Of a DNA stretch of 31,890 nt, positions 9,862-19,121 are shown piece after piece; the first letter of the stretch is position 1, and every line of letters starts with the position of its first letter. The DNA comes from Bacteroidales bacterium (GTDB lineage: Bacteria; Bacteroidota; Bacteroidia; Bacteroidales; UBA12077). The DNA is taken from contig JANQHR010000098.1 in NCBI GenBank assembly GCA_028282585.1, forward strand, positions 1 to 31,890. The letters are read 5' to 3'. The notes beneath the pieces were generated by a model. The model did no database searches, was not told where the DNA came from, and saw only the letters and a program-made list of their open reading frames with translations. Both the position numbers and the translations under genes were made by a program.

Positions 9862-12321
9862 TTATTCCTGAAAATAAACCCGTTTTACTCGCGATGAAAC
9901 ACTTGTGAATATCTCATATGGAATTGTTTCCAGGATATTAGCCAAATCAGTTACAGATTGTTCTTTACCAAAAACAATTACTTCATCTCCCTCGTGAATA
10001 TTGCAACCCGTTATATCAACCATACACATATCCATACATATATTACCTACAATCGGTACCGGAAAGCCGTTAATATATAGCTTCCCTTTTCCATTACCTA
10101 ATTTACGATCTAAACCATCAGCATATCCGACAGGAATAATTGCGATCGTCATATCACTATGTGCTTTTCCTTTTCTATTATAGCCAATTGTATCGTCTTT
10201 AGTAACTTGCTTAACCTGAATAACGGTACTTTTTAATGTACTTACCACCGAAAGCTGTTCCTGATTTGTTGCTGATATGCCATACAATCCTATTCCTAAA
10301 CGGACCATTTCGAATTGAGCTTCCGAAAAACGTTCTATGCCGGCAGAATTTGAAATATGTCGAGTTATCGGGTAATTGAATTTATTAGTAATCTCTGTAC
10401 TTAATTCATCGAATAATGAAATTTGCCTTTTAGTATAATTATCGTGAATAGGGTCATCGCTTCCTGCCAAATGTGAAAAGATTGTTGCTACCTTTACAGT
10501 TTTTGTTTCTTTTAAAACCTGTATTAAACGTAAAATCTCGCTTTTTAAAAATCCTAAACGATTCATACCCGTATCTAACTTCAAGTGTACAGAATAAGCC
10601 TTTAAGTTAACTTTTTCAAGTTCGTTTATAAACTGCTCTAAAATTCTAAAGTTATAAATCTCAGGTTCAAGCTGATACTTCAACATTAATCCAAAACTAT
10701 TTTGTTCAGGATTCATAACTATAATTGGAGTTTTTATTCCTGCTTCGCGTAATGCAACTCCTTCATCGGCAAAAGCAACACCCAGATAATCTACACGCTG
10801 ATATTGCAGTATATTCGCAATTTCAAATGTTCCACTTCCATAAGATAAAGCCTTAACCATAACCATTATTTTAGTTTCAGGTTTTAACTTTGATCTGAAA
10901 TAATTTAAGTTATGAACCAGAGAATTTAAATTAATTTCTAATACTGTTCTGTGCGTCTTTTCTTCTAATGCTGAAGAGATTCTTTCAAATTGAAAACTCC
11001 TTGATCCTTTTAATAGGATTGCCTCTTCTTGAAAATTTTCCTTACTAAATTCGCTTAAAAAATCGTCTGTTGTATTATAAAAAGTTTGGTTTAGTTTAAA
11101 TTGATTCTTTTGTGCAACAATCGATTTACCAATTCCAATTAATCTATCAACTTTGAATTTTTCCAATAATGAAGCTACTTCTATGTATAGTTCTTTGTCG
11201 TTTTTTCCACTTTGAAGTATATCGGATAAAATTAACGTTTTTTTCCTATGCTGATTTTGTTGGCTAAGGTAGTTTAAAGCAATCTCCAATGATTTTAAAT
11301 CTGAATTATAACTATCGTTTATAATTGAACAATTATTGGTTCCTTTTTTCAATTCCATACGCATAGCCACAGGTGGCAAATTTTCGAATCTACTTTTAAA
11401 TTCAATCGGATTAACCTCTAATGCGCATAATAATGATAAAACGTGAACGGCATCCTCAACGGAAGCCTTATCCGTAAATGGAATTGTTAGAGTATCGTTG
11501 TATTGTTTTAACTGAAATTTGATCTCTGTAGTATTGCCTTTTTGATTTGTTTTTACAACTAAATCGGCTACCTCATTTTCGGACCACGTAAAATGTTTCT
11601 TTTTGGAAAGAATTTCATCTTTTCGAACAAGTTTATCTATTAAATCTTGATCTTTCGAGTATACCAAAATATCACTATTGAAAAACAACTTTAATTTCTC
11701 AGTTGCTTTTTCTTTATAATCTTTAAAGTTTTCCTGGTGTGGTTCTCCTATATTTGTTATTAATCCTATATTTGGCTGGATAATCTTTTCCAGCTTTTCC
11801 ATTTCACCTGGCAATGAAATTCCAGCCTCAAAAACAGCCAAATCATAAATACCATCCATTAACCAAACAGACAGTGGAACTCCAACTTGCGAATTATAAC
11901 TTTTTGGATTTCTGATAATCTGCTTCTTTCCCTGCAGTATATAATAAATCCATTCTTTTACAATTGTTTTTCCATTACTCCCTGTGATTCCAATGACAGG
12001 ATATCTAAACTCTTTTCTGTGAAAAGCAGCTAGTTTCTGGAGGGCCCTTAATGTATTTTTTACAATTAAGAAGTTTGCTTTAGGAAAACTAAAATGATTT
12101 TTTGGTAAGAATTCAACTACAAAATTTTGGATTCCTCTGTTATAAAGCTCATCGATGAACTCATGTCCATCATGACGATTTCCTTTAATAGCGAAAAAAA
12201 GCGTATTTGGTGATGAAATGATATTCCTGCTATCAATTAGCAAATTATTTATTTCACAATCGTGCTTACCAACATATTGTGCTTGTATAATATCTGATAT
12301 TTGTGATGTAGTATAAATCAT
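9862..12321 (-). CDS. alr: Bifunctional MurF-like ligase / alanine racemase
   Basis: MurF part ([27 protein letters not shown]) fused to Alr part ([11 protein letters not shown] lysine, [27 protein letters not shown]). Confidence 0.95.
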   Translation of the reverse strand: MIYTTSQISDIIQAQYVGKHDCEINNLLIDSRNIISSPNTLFFAIKGNRHDGHEFIDELYNRGIQNFVVEFLPKNHFSFPKANFLIVKNTLRALQKLAAFHRKEFRYPVIGITGSNGKTIVKEWIYYILQGKKQIIRNPKSYNSQVGVPLSVWLMDGIYDLAVFEAGISLPGEMEKLEKIIQPNIGLITNIGEPHQENFKDYKEKATEKLKLFFNSDILVYSKDQDLIDKLVRKDEILSKKKHFTWSENEVADLVVKTNQKGNTTEIKFQLKQYNDTLTIPFTDKASVEDAVHVLSLLCALEVNPIEFKSRFENLPPVAMRMELKKGTNNCSIINDSYNSDLKSLEIALNYLSQQNQHRKKTLILSDILQSGKNDKELYIEVASLLEKFKVDRLIGIGKSIVAQKNQFKLNQTFYNTTDDFLSEFSKENFQEEAILLKGSRSFQFERISSALEEKTHRTVLEINLNSLVHNLNYFRSKLKPETKIMVMVKALSYGSGTFEIANILQYQRVDYLGVAFADEGVALREAGIKTPIIVMNPEQNSFGLMLKYQLEPEIYNFRILEQFINELEKVNLKAYSVHLKLDTGMNRLGFLKSEILRLIQVLKETKTVKVATIFSHLAGSDDPIHDNYTKRQISLFDELSTEITNKFNYPITRHISNSAGIERFSEAQFEMVRLGIGLYGISATNQEQLSVVSTLKSTVIQVKQVTKDDTIGYNRKGKAHSDMTIAIIPVGYADGLDRKLGNGKGKLYINGFPVPIVGNICMDMCMVDITGCNIHEGDEVIVFGKEQSVTDLANILETIPYEIFTSVSSRVKRVYFQE

Positions 12322-12905
12322 GAATTATCTTTATTCATTGCTTTATTGTAACATACGCGGCATAAAGGTTCGTATTCACTTGTTTCACCTAAAAGTACCA
12401 GTTTATCACTTTCAGTAATTCTATGAGAATATTGAGCCAAATTTCCACACTGCATACAAATAGCATGTACTTTTGTTACATACTCAGCTTCTGCCATTAA
12501 TGCGGGTATTGGGCCAAAAGGTTTACCTAAATAATCCATATCCAGACCAGCCACAATAACGCGAATTCCGCTGTTTGCTAGTTTGTTGCACACTTCAACT
12601 AAATTATTATCAAAAAATTGAGCCTCATCTATTCCAATAACATCAACATTGCCGGCTAATAATAAAATATTTCCGGAAGACTCAACAGGAGTTGAACGTA
12701 TCGTATTTTCATCATGAGATACAACCTCTTCTTCTGAATATCTTGTATCAACCAAAGGTTTAAAAATCTCAACTTTCAATTTAGCATATTCTGCCCGTTT
12801 TAATCTTCTTATCAACTCTTCAGTCTTTCCTGAAAACATTGATCCACATATAACCTCGATCCATCCTCTATTCTTGGTTTTTTTATTTGTACCTTCGAAA
12901 AACAT
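12318..12905 (-). CDS. tdk: Thymidine kinase
   Basis: [25 protein letters not shown], Zn cysteines and YEPLCRVC. Confidence 0.96.
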   Translation of the reverse strand: MFFEGTNKKTKNRGWIEVICGSMFSGKTEELIRRLKRAEYAKLKVEIFKPLVDTRYSEEEVVSHDENTIRSTPVESSGNILLLAGNVDVIGIDEAQFFDNNLVEVCNKLANSGIRVIVAGLDMDYLGKPFGPIPALMAEAEYVTKVHAICMQCGNLAQYSHRITESDKLVLLGETSEYEPLCRVCYNKAMNKDNS

Positions 12906-12933
12906 CTTATAACAAATTGTAAACTATTATCGT

Positions 12934-12941
12934 TATTTTTG
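12934..12941 (+). promoter_or_regulatory. Bacteroidota sigma-A -7 promoter element
   Basis: TATTTTTG, 22 bp upstream of ATG 12964. Confidence 0.5.
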
Positions 12942-12963
12942 CAAAATAAATATCATTCATACC

Positions 12964-13716
12964 ATGAATAAAAAAGAACTAATAAAAAGGTTAAACTCAG
13001 ATATTCAAAATATATATTCTATTACAAATAAATTTGAGAATTCTGAAAACATCCATCCTCTTGATATTGATCTTGCACTTTCAAAAGTAAGAAATCTTTA
13101 CGAGTTATTATTAAAACTTGATTCCGGAAGAGTTCATATTACTAATAATCAGATAGAAGAAATATCATTACCTGTTAAAAAAGAGAAAACGGAAATTGAA
13201 ACTGAAGTTCGCGAAGAACCAAAAAAGGTTGAAGTAAAAATAGAAAAAACTGCCCGGTCTGCAGGTGTGGAAGAAGAAAAAACGGAAGAAAAAGAATCCA
13301 TTCATGAACCTGAGTTTGTAATTGAAACTGGTTCTGATGAAGAAAAAGTTGAAGAGCCTATTGAACCAAAACCTAATGGATCTCCTGAAATTGTTGCTGA
13401 TAAATTTCAATCCAAAAAATTTGTACATGATAATATTTCGAAGAAAAATATTAAAAAAGATGTTTCAAGCAAGATGCAATCTAAACCAATAAATGATATA
13501 AACTCTGCAATCGGTTTAAATGATAAATTTATTTTTATCCGTGAATTATTTGGTAATAATAAAGAGCATTATCATGAAACAGTACAAGTTTTAAATAACT
13601 TTGATACATATGACAATGCAGTAAAATTCTTAGATGATAATTTTGATTGGGAACCCGAAAATGAAAATTACGAACGTTTAAAAGAATTAGTGCGAAGAAA
13701 ATTTGCGGCCAAATAA
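12964..13716 (+). CDS. Conserved Bacteroidota hypothetical protein with acidic linker
   Basis: 250 aa; E/K-rich central region; C-terminal AIGLNDKFIFIRELF domain; sits between tdk and rsmI. Confidence 0.8.
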   Translation: MNKKELIKRLNSDIQNIYSITNKFENSENIHPLDIDLALSKVRNLYELLLKLDSGRVHITNNQIEEISLPVKKEKTEIETEVREEPKKVEVKIEKTARSAGVEEEKTEEKESIHEPEFVIETGSDEEKVEEPIEPKPNGSPEIVADKFQSKKFVHDNISKKNIKKDVSSKMQSKPINDINSAIGLNDKFIFIRELFGNNKEHYHETVQVLNNFDTYDNAVKFLDDNFDWEPENENYERLKELVRRKFAAK

Positions 13717-13723
13717 AACTATT

Positions 13724-14395
13724 ATGAGTAAACTTTATCTAGTTCCTACTCCAATTGGTAATCTAGAAGATATTACCTTAAGGGCCATACGTATTTTAAA
13801 GGAAGTTAATATCATTCTTGCCGAAGATACAAGAAAAACCGGAATACTTCTGAAACACCTTGAAATTGAAAAGCCAATTCTGGCTCATCACAAATTTAAC
13901 GAACATAAAGCGTTACCATCATTAGTTGAAAGAATTAAGAACGGAGAAATAATGGCTTTAGTCTCTGATGCGGGAACACCTGGAATCTCTGATCCTGGTT
14001 TTTTAATTGCGCGTGCTTGCATTGAAAATAATATAGAGATTGAATGTTTACCAGGAGCGACTGCATTTATACCTGCGCTTGTTAATTCCGGTTTACCGAA
14101 TGACAGGTTTTCGTTTGAAGGATTCTTACCACAGAAAAAAGGAAGACAAAAGCGGCTTGGTGAATTAGCCAAAGAACAAAAGACTATGGTATTTTATGAA
14201 TCTCCTTACAGGTTACTAAAAACGCTTAATCAGTTTGCCGAAGTATTTGGAGAAGAACGAAGAGCCAGTGTATCAAGGGAATTAACCAAAATTCATGAAG
14301 AAAACAAAAGAGGTACACTTAAGGAACTTATTGACTATTTTAAAACTTCAACAATTAAAGGGGAAATAGTTATTATAATAGAAGGAAATCGTTAA
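13724..14395 (+). CDS. rsmI: 16S rRNA (cytidine1402-2'-O)-methyltransferase
   Basis: LYLVPTPIGNLEDIT, AEDTR, VSDAGTPGISDPG, FYESPYR, RELTKIHEE; start adjusted to ATG 13724. Confidence 0.96.
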   Translation: MSKLYLVPTPIGNLEDITLRAIRILKEVNIILAEDTRKTGILLKHLEIEKPILAHHKFNEHKALPSLVERIKNGEIMALVSDAGTPGISDPGFLIARACIENNIEIECLPGATAFIPALVNSGLPNDRFSFEGFLPQKKGRQKRLGELAKEQKTMVFYESPYRLLKTLNQFAEVFGEERRASVSRELTKIHEENKRGTLKELIDYFKTSTIKGEIVIIIEGNR

Positions 14396-14661
14396 GATCT
14401 TGAGTCAATTCTTTTTAACTCTTCATGTTCGTTAAACACAGACAGAACAAACTCACATAATTCCTCATAAGTAGAAATAGTTACAAATGAGTCTTCCGAG
14501 ATTTTGATATCAAAAATAAGTTGTATTCGAAATCTTATCAAATCTAAATCTTCGTTAGTCAGTTTAAGCTCTTCTCTTAAATTCGTAGAAGGCTTTAAAT
14601 CTATTAATTCAGTATCTAAATCTGAAATTATTCTTCTTATTATAACGTCAATAACTTTCAT
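14392..14661 (-). CDS. Acyl-carrier-protein-like small protein lacking the phosphopantetheine serine
   Basis: 89 aa, acidic; LKPSTNLREELKLTNEDL...FDIKISED...ISTYEELCEFV follows the ACP pattern, with TNE at the DSL position. Confidence 0.6.
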   Translation of the reverse strand: MKVIDVIIRRIISDLDTELIDLKPSTNLREELKLTNEDLDLIRFRIQLIFDIKISEDSFVTISTYEELCEFVLSVFNEHEELKRIDSRS

Positions 14662-14678
14662 ATTGAGGTCTATTTTTA

Positions 14679-14805
14679 ATATAAATTGGTCGAGAAGGAC
14701 GCATTTTAAGAGCGAATAAAACTGTACTATAAAAAATTACCGAACCAAAAATAGAAATGAAGTAAAGTTTAGAACTTCTTACTGCGTCCACACGACCATT
14801 TATAT
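14679..14805. ncRNA. Candidate structured leader or small RNA
   Basis: TGGTCG (14687-14692) and GGACGCA (14697-14703) pair with TGCGTCC (14783-14789) and CGACCA (14793-14798); GC-rich arms in an AT-rich intergenic region. Confidence 0.35.
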
Positions 14806-14890
14806 ACCGAACGTTTGGTTTTGCCTAGTTTGTATCTAACACCCTATTGCTATTTTATGATTAATAAGAGTATTAAACCGAACGTTCGGT
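14806..14890. promoter_or_regulatory. Paired palindromic operators ACCGAACGTT(C/T)GGT, TetR-like
   Basis: Perfect palindrome at 14877-14890, one-mismatch copy at 14806-14819, half-site ACCGAAC at 14739-14745. Confidence 0.65.
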
Positions 14891-14905
14891 CTGTAAAACT
14901 ACAAC

Positions 14906-14942
14906 AAAAAAAACACTAACCCAAAAAAAGTTAGTATTTTTT
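14906..14942 (-). terminator. Intrinsic terminator of the DEAD-box helicase gene
   Basis: Minus-strand ATACTAAC...GTTAGTGT stem followed by a T run, just past the stop codon. Confidence 0.5.
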
Positions 14943-14953
14943 ACAATAATTTT

Positions 14954-16720
14954 TTATTTTCTTTTTCTTGAACGTTTTCCAGACTCAGATTTAGTTCCTG
15001 ATTTTCTCCTGGAGCGGTCTTTATCTTTTGGTCTGCTCCCCTCGGATCTATTCCTTTCACCTCGTTTACTCGCACGTTCAGAATCTCCACCCTTCGGTCT
15101 TTCTTTTGCTATTTCAGAATTAACCTTTAAACCCTCAAAAACCGATGAGTTTAATCCATCCAACACTTTATCTGTAAATTGTTTATCAATTTCAAAGAAT
15201 GAAAATGATTTCATGATATCAATTTTACCTATAACAATATTTCTTTCCCGGGTTGATTCATTAATTAATCCCATCAAACGTTGAGCATTTAATCCTTGAT
15301 TTTTACCAACGTTAATAAATAATCGTTTGAAATCCTTATTACTCAATCTACGTTTACCCTTGTCTTTTTCTTTCTGTCTATAATCTTTTTCATCCGGAAT
15401 ATTTAGATCAGGAGCATTTTTATAGTAATCCAAAAATCTATTAAATTCCAATGAAACAAATCTCTTGATTAAATCTTCCTTATCCAACCAATCCAGCTTT
15501 TTGTAAATCTCAGGTAGGAATCCATCAATTTGATCATGATCAATATCTACTTTTTCCATTTTATCAATTAAATGGAATAGTTGTTTTTTACAAACCGCTT
15601 TTCCAGTTGGAATATTGGCTTTTTCGAAATTTTTATTGATTTTTTTCTCAATTTCTTTAATTCTATATTTCTCGCGTAAATGTATAATTGCAATCGATAC
15701 TCCAGTTTTACCAGCCCTTCCGGTACGACCACTTCTATGTGTATAAGCTTCAATATCGTCTGGCAAATTATAATTAATTACATGTGAAAGGTCATTCACA
15801 TCTAATCCCCGAGCTGCAACATCGGTAGCAACAAGCATTTGTAAGTTTTTTAGTCTGAATCGACTCATTACATGGTCTCGTTGTGCTTGAGATAAATCAC
15901 CATGAAGTGCGTCCGCATTATAGCCGTCTTTAATAAGCCATTCAGCGACTTCTTTTGTTTCCATACGCGTACGACAGAATATAATAGCATAAATATCCGG
16001 GTTCATATCCGCAATTCTTTTCAATGCCAGATAACGATCACGAGCATGAACCAGATAGTAAAGATGTTTTACGCTTTCCGCTCCGGCATTTTTCTTGCCT
16101 ACCGTAATCTCCTCTGGATTCATCATGTAATTTTTTGCGATTGCAGCAACCTCTTTTGGCATGGTAGCCGAAAAAAGCAAGGTTCTCCTCTCATCAGGAA
16201 CAGATTCCAATATATCATTCAAATCGTCACGAAAACCCATATTTAGCATTTCATCTGCCTCATCAAGAACAACTGTTTGTACGTTGGTAATATCCGCTTT
16301 TTTTCTTTTAATCAGGTCTAGCATTCTACCAGGTGTTGCTACAATTACATGTACTCCCATTCTTAATCCTCGAATTTGAGCATCAATGTTTGCACCACCA
16401 TAAACCGGTAATACTTTTAATCCCTTAATATACTTGGAATAAGCCATCAAATCCTTTGCAATTTGAACGCACAACTCCCTGGTTGGGGAAAGAATCAAAG
16501 CTTGTGGGTATTTTTCTTTTACTTTAACTTGCTGTGCAATTGGTAAGCCAAACGCTGCTGTTTTTCCCGTTCCTGTCTGAGCTAACGCAACAATATCGCG
16601 GTCTGTTTCTAGTAAAACCGGAATTACTTCTTTTTGAACGGGCATTGCTTCTTCAAAACCCAATTCGTTAATTCCCTTTAGGATATCTTCCTGGATACCT
16701 AAATCGGTAAATTTTGCCAT
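14954..16720 (-). CDS. DEAD-box RNA helicase (DeaD/CsdA-like) with DbpA-type RNA-binding domain
   Basis: AQTGTGKT, PTREL, TPGR, DEAD, SAT, HRSGRTGRAG; C-terminal RLFINVGK domain and basic tail. Confidence 0.95.
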   Translation of the reverse strand: MAKFTDLGIQEDILKGINELGFEEAMPVQKEVIPVLLETDRDIVALAQTGTGKTAAFGLPIAQQVKVKEKYPQALILSPTRELCVQIAKDLMAYSKYIKGLKVLPVYGGANIDAQIRGLRMGVHVIVATPGRMLDLIKRKKADITNVQTVVLDEADEMLNMGFRDDLNDILESVPDERRTLLFSATMPKEVAAIAKNYMMNPEEITVGKKNAGAESVKHLYYLVHARDRYLALKRIADMNPDIYAIIFCRTRMETKEVAEWLIKDGYNADALHGDLSQAQRDHVMSRFRLKNLQMLVATDVAARGLDVNDLSHVINYNLPDDIEAYTHRSGRTGRAGKTGVSIAIIHLREKYRIKEIEKKINKNFEKANIPTGKAVCKKQLFHLIDKMEKVDIDHDQIDGFLPEIYKKLDWLDKEDLIKRFVSLEFNRFLDYYKNAPDLNIPDEKDYRQKEKDKGKRRLSNKDFKRLFINVGKNQGLNAQRLMGLINESTRERNIVIGKIDIMKSFSFFEIDKQFTDKVLDGLNSSVFEGLKVNSEIAKERPKGGDSERASKRGERNRSEGSRPKDKDRSRRKSGTKSESGKRSRKRK

Positions 16721-16808
16721 TTATTTTCCTCCCGTGCTTTCAGATCCCTAATAAGCTTGCCGAAAGCCAGGTAGAAACCCTAAACACTATTTAATTATTA
16801 TAAGGGCG

Positions 16809-16816
16809 CAAAGGTA
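16809..16816 (-). promoter_or_regulatory. Bacteroidota sigma-A -7 promoter element for the helicase
   Basis: Minus-strand TACCTTTG; implies a 5' leader of about 80 nt. Confidence 0.7.
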
Positions 16817-17092
16817 GAATAATTATTTGATTTTGAGCTGCTTTTTCGGTCTAATTTATATTATTCATTTTCTGAAGTCATTTTCTTTACCATTTTCATT
16901 TTATTTTTCTGTTAAAAAAGCAACTTGTCCATAGCAAGCTAACTTTACCTATTTAACTGATTTTCTGATTCATAAAATTCATAACAGCACAAAATTCAAT
17001 TTAAGTCTATATCTTCTTTTTAAAAAACAAGTTAAAGATTCGACAATCTTATACGTTCTTTTGAATTGAAACAAAAATCAAAATCCTAAAAA

Positions 17093-18274
17093 ATGAAAGA
17101 AGTTGTAATTATATCTGCTGCACGCACTGCCATCGGAAACTTTGGAGGAAGTCTTGCTAATTTTTCCGCTGTTGATCTTGGAGTTTTTGCAGCAAAAGAA
17201 GCCATAAAAAGAGCTGGTATTAATCCTTCCGATATTGATGAAACAATTGTAGGTAATATTCTTTCTGCTGGAGAAGGACAAAATATAGCTCGCCAAATTT
17301 CAATTAATTCCGGAATTCCGGAGACCAGCCCGGCAATGACAATCAATAAACTTTGTGGATCGGGACTAAGAGCAGTAAGTATGGCTGCACAATTTATTAT
17401 GTTAGGCGATGCTGATATTGTTTTGGCAGGAGGAACAGAAAGCATGTCAAATGCTCCGTATCTACTAAAGAAAGCTCGCTTTGGATATAAAATGGGGCAC
17501 CATGAAATTGTTGATAGTATGATCCTGGATGGATTAACCGATGCTTTCAATAATTATCATATGGGTATAACAGCAGAGAATATAGCAGAACAATGGGAAA
17601 TTAGTCGTGAAAAGCAAGATGAATTCGCACTAAATAGTCAGTTAAAAACAGAGAAAGCCATTAAGGAAGGAAGATTTAAAGATGAAATTGTTCCTATAGA
17701 AATACCTCAACGTAAAGGAAGTCCAATTATTTTTGATAACGATGAATTCCCAAAAATGGGATTAAACATTGAAAAACTAGCCAGGCTTCGTCCGGCCTTT
17801 AAAAAGGATGGAACTGTTACAGCAGGCAATGCTTCAGGTATTAATGATGGAGCAGCAATGCTAATTGTTATGTCAAAAGATAAAGCTGATGAACTAGGAT
17901 TAAAACCAATAGCTAAAATTGTTTCTTATGCTAAGGCGGCACTTGATCCTAAAATTATGGGTTATGGCCCTGTTCCAGCAACTAAAGCAGCTTTGTTAAA
18001 AGCTAGATTAGAAATCGAAGATATCGATTTAATTGAAGCTAACGAAGCCTTTGCTGCTCAATCTATTGCGGTTGCCCGTGATTTAAATTTAGATCCCGAA
18101 AAGGTAAATGTTAATGGTGGAGCTATTGCTTTAGGGCATCCAATTGGAGCATCCGGAGCACGAATATTAACTACTTTATTATATGAAATGAGTAGAACCA
18201 ATGCAAAGAAAGGTTTGGCAACCCTTTGTATTGGGGGTGGACAAGGAACATCAATGATCGTTGAAAAATACTAA
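17093..18274 (+). CDS. Acetyl-CoA C-acetyltransferase (thiolase II, AtoB/PhaA-like)
   Basis: NKLCGSG catalytic Cys, [21 protein letters not shown]. Confidence 0.95.
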   Translation: MKEVVIISAARTAIGNFGGSLANFSAVDLGVFAAKEAIKRAGINPSDIDETIVGNILSAGEGQNIARQISINSGIPETSPAMTINKLCGSGLRAVSMAAQFIMLGDADIVLAGGTESMSNAPYLLKKARFGYKMGHHEIVDSMILDGLTDAFNNYHMGITAENIAEQWEISREKQDEFALNSQLKTEKAIKEGRFKDEIVPIEIPQRKGSPIIFDNDEFPKMGLNIEKLARLRPAFKKDGTVTAGNASGINDGAAMLIVMSKDKADELGLKPIAKIVSYAKAALDPKIMGYGPVPATKAALLKARLEIEDIDLIEANEAFAAQSIAVARDLNLDPEKVNVNGGAIALGHPIGASGARILTTLLYEMSRTNAKKGLATLCIGGGQGTSMIVEKY

Positions 18275-18296
18275 CATAAAATATAAAAAATTAATC

Positions 18297-19040
18297 ATGA
18301 AAAGATTAGAAAATAAAATTGCTATTATAACTGGTGGAGCAGACGGTATTGGAAAAGCCGGAGCTATTAAATTTGCTGACGAAGGTGCAGTCGTAATCAT
18401 ATGGGATATGAACGAAGAAAAAGGTGAAACTACTGCAAAGGAAATTAAAGATAAGGGAGGGAAAGCCGAATTTTTTAAAGTAAATACTGCCATTTTCTCA
18501 GACGTAGAAAAAGCTACAAACGATGCAATAGATGCATATGGACAAATTGATATTTTGGTTAACAATGCAGGTATCACAAGAGATTCTACATTAAAGAAAA
18601 TGACCAATGAACAATGGCAACAGGTTATTGATGTAAACTTAACAGGAGTTTTTAACTGCACCAAAAATGTAAGTCAGCACATGGTTGAAAGAAAGTATGG
18701 CAGAATTATTAATACTTCATCCGTTGTTGCTTTATATGGAAATTTTGGGCAAACTAATTATGTTGCGACAAAAGCCGGATTAATTGGAATGACCAAAACT
18801 TTAGCAAAAGAACTAGGAAGAAAAAACATTACTGTTAATGCAGTTGCTCCCGGCTTTATTTTAACAGAAATGGTAAGGCAAATGCCCCAAGATGTTTTAA
18901 AAGCTATGGAATCTAAAGTTCCTTTGCAGCGTTTGGGTAATCCTGAAGAAATTGCATCGGCTTACTTATTCTTAGCGAGCGATGAAGCAGCATATATTAA
19001 TGGCTCAGTATTAAGCGTTGATGGTGGAATGACAATTTAG
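18297..19040 (+). CDS. SDR, acetoacetyl-CoA / 3-oxoacyl reductase (PhaB/FabG-like)
   Basis: TGGADGIG, NNAGITRD, GQTNYVATK (YxxxK), VAPGFI; start adjusted to ATG 18297. Confidence 0.9.
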   Translation: MKRLENKIAIITGGADGIGKAGAIKFADEGAVVIIWDMNEEKGETTAKEIKDKGGKAEFFKVNTAIFSDVEKATNDAIDAYGQIDILVNNAGITRDSTLKKMTNEQWQQVIDVNLTGVFNCTKNVSQHMVERKYGRIINTSSVVALYGNFGQTNYVATKAGLIGMTKTLAKELGRKNITVNAVAPGFILTEMVRQMPQDVLKAMESKVPLQRLGNPEEIASAYLFLASDEAAYINGSVLSVDGGMTI

Positions 19041-19050
19041 TAAATGAAAG

Positions 19051-19087
19051 AAACGGGGATCATCATTATTGAGATTCCTGTTTTTTT
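19051..19087 (+). terminator. Intrinsic terminator-like hairpin after the reductase
   Basis: AAACGGGGATC (19051-19061) / GATTCCTGTTT (19073-19083) followed by a T run. Confidence 0.6.
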
Positions 19088-19121
19088 ATTTATCTTTTTA
19101 TACTTATTTAACAATATTATT

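Noticed and set aside
9862-12321. MurF-Alr fusion as a novelty
   Set aside because: This fusion is common and well known in Bacteroidota
17093-19040. phaAB as a PHB biosynthesis operon
   Set aside because: No phaC, phasin or phaR in the window, and the reductase has an NAD-type fingerprint; cannot be excluded if phaC lies elsewhere
19044-19121. N-terminal extension of the symporter in the ORF track
   Set aside because: It overlaps a terminator-like hairpin and an AT-rich initiation region; ATG 19122 is the more plausible start
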